Shown: one piece after another, positions 62,590-64,000 of the stretch
Position numbering within the stretch: position 1 is the stretch's first letter
How the letters are laid out: every line of letters starts with the position of its first letter
Assembly: GCA_030704615.1 (NCBI GenBank)
Contig: CM060733.1
Coordinates: 73,594,001-73,658,000 of the forward strand
Direction: 5' to 3'
Length of the DNA: 64,000 nt
Source: Takakia lepidozioides
Lineage: Eukaryota > Plantae > Bryophyta
Program-made: the position numbers and the translations under genes
Notes under the pieces: model-generated
Database searches by the model: none
What the model saw: the letters and a program-made list of their open reading frames with translations, nothing else
What the model was told of the DNA's origin: nothing

Positions 62590-64000
62590 ATGCAAATGCG
62601 GCGCCGCATTTCCGTTAAATACCATCCCGAAGCTACACATACTGTACTTGTTGGACGAAAATGCGGCACCGCATTTCCGTTCCACCTTCACAGACCTTAG
62701 TTATTAAACGGAAATGCGGTGCCGCATTTCCGTCCCACAGCTCCATGCATGAGATACAAAAGGGAAATGCGGCGCCTCATTTCTGTTCTGGAATGTCAGA
62801 AGGTGCGACTCGGACGGAAATGTGGTGCCGCATTTCCGTTCCACCTTCACATACCTTAGTTGTTGAACGGAAATGTCATGCCGCATTTCCGTTCTTGAGA
62901 GTATGAAGGTCTCACCCGGACGGAAATACGGTGCCGCATTTCCGTCCCACAGCTCAATGCCTCACATACAAAATGGAAATGCGGCGTCGCATTTCCGTTC
63001 TGAATGTCGGAAGGTGTGACTCGGACGAAATGCGGTGCCGCATTTCAGTTCCGATGGAACACGATTTTCAGTCAGAACGGAAATGCGGTGCCGCATTTCA
63101 GTTCCGATGGTTCACGATTTTCAGTCAGAACGGAAATGCGGTACCGCATTTCCGTTCTGGAGAGTATGAAGGTCTCACGCGGGTGGAAATGTGGTGCCGC
63201 ATTTCAGTTCGGATGGTTCACGATTTTCAGTCAACGGAATGCGGAACCGCATTTCCGTTCTAGAGAGTATGAAAGTCTCAACCGGACGGAAATGCGGTGC
63301 CGCATTTCCGTCCCTCAGCTCCGTGCCTCAGATACAAAACGGAAATGCGGCGCCGCATTTCCATTCTGGAATGTCGGAAGGTGCGACTCGGACGAAAATG
63401 CGGTGCCGCATTTCAGTTCCCGTGGTTCATGATTTTCAATCAGAACGGAAATGCGGTACCGCATTTCCGTTCCACCTTCACATACCTTAGTTGTTGAACG
63501 GAAATTCCGTGCCGCATTTCCGTTCTGGAAAGTATGAAGGTTTCACCCGGACGGAAATACGGTGCCGCATTTCCGTCCCACAGCTCCATGCCTCACATAC
63601 AAAATAGAAATGCGGCGCCGCGTTTCCGTTTTGGAATGTCGGAAGGTGCGACTCGGACGGAAATGCGGTGCCGCATTTCAGTTCCGATGGTTCACGATTT
63701 TCAGTCAGAACGGAAATGCGGTACCGCATTTCCGTTCTAAAGAGTATGAAGGTCTCAACCGGACGGAAATGCCATACCGCATTTCCGTCCCTCAGCTCCA
63801 TGCCTCAGATACAAAACGGAAATGCGGCGCCGCATTTCCGTTGTGGAATGTCGGAAGGTGCGACTCGGACGGAAATGTTGTGCCGCATTTCAGTTCCAGT
63901 GGTTCATGATTTTCAATCAGAACGGAAAAGCGGTACCGCATTTCCGTTCCACTGTCACATACCGCACTTGTTGGATGGAAATGCGGCACCGCATTTCCAT
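62590..64000. repeat. 53-bp-period array: 22-bp palindrome plus 31-bp spacers of about 5 recurring types
   Basis: Palindrome starts at 63288, 63341, 63394, 63447, 63500, 63553, 63606, 63659, 63712; higher-order 4-5 unit repeats. Confidence 0.95.

Larger units (their letters stand above)
58490..64000 (-). mobile_element. Mutator-like element copy 3 (reverse orientation, internally deleted, runs off window)
   Basis: Terminus GGGGGCTGCTATTTCATGAGCCATGAGC at 58490-58540. 58500-62105 is an inverted homolog of 15230-18926. Confidence 0.85.

Noticed and set aside
62590-64000. CRISPR array (22-bp palindromic repeat plus 31-bp spacers)
   Set aside because: Spacers recur as about five types in higher-order repeats, no cas genes are present, and the context is an intron-bearing eukaryotic transposon.

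Overview
Eukaryotic, repeat-rich genomic DNA with GT-AG introns, probably from a non-flowering land plant (inference from the host genes and TE families). There is one intact host gene, a 10-exon sphingosine kinase (minus strand, 29997-48327), and one orphan ABCC/MRP 3' remnant. The rest is nested transposons: a CACTA element, a Ty3/gypsy-like LTR element, two RTE-like LINE families and an L1/Tx1-like LINE. The main observation is a large Mutator-like DNA element family present as three copies plus a fragment (<1-11990, 14888-18926, 58490->64000, 26980-27345). The most complete copy has a GCM-like zinc-finger/MULE DDE transposase transcribed divergently from a roughly 10-exon gene fusing a ParB/Srx-like domain (YVWDGNHR) to a beta-class N4/N6 DNA-methyltransferase-like domain. 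Its non-coding parts carry dense arrays of a 22-30 bp perfect palindrome (GGAAATTCGGCGCCGAATTTCC; covarying to GGAAATGCGGCGCCGCATTTCC in the sister subfamily), often at a fixed 53-bp period. The sister subfamily also carries a head-to-head pair of paralogous genes of unknown family. My inference is a transposon-encoded, sequence-specific DNA-binding/marking system (parS-like sites plus ParB-MTase). All domain calls come from motif recognition by eye; no searches were run.
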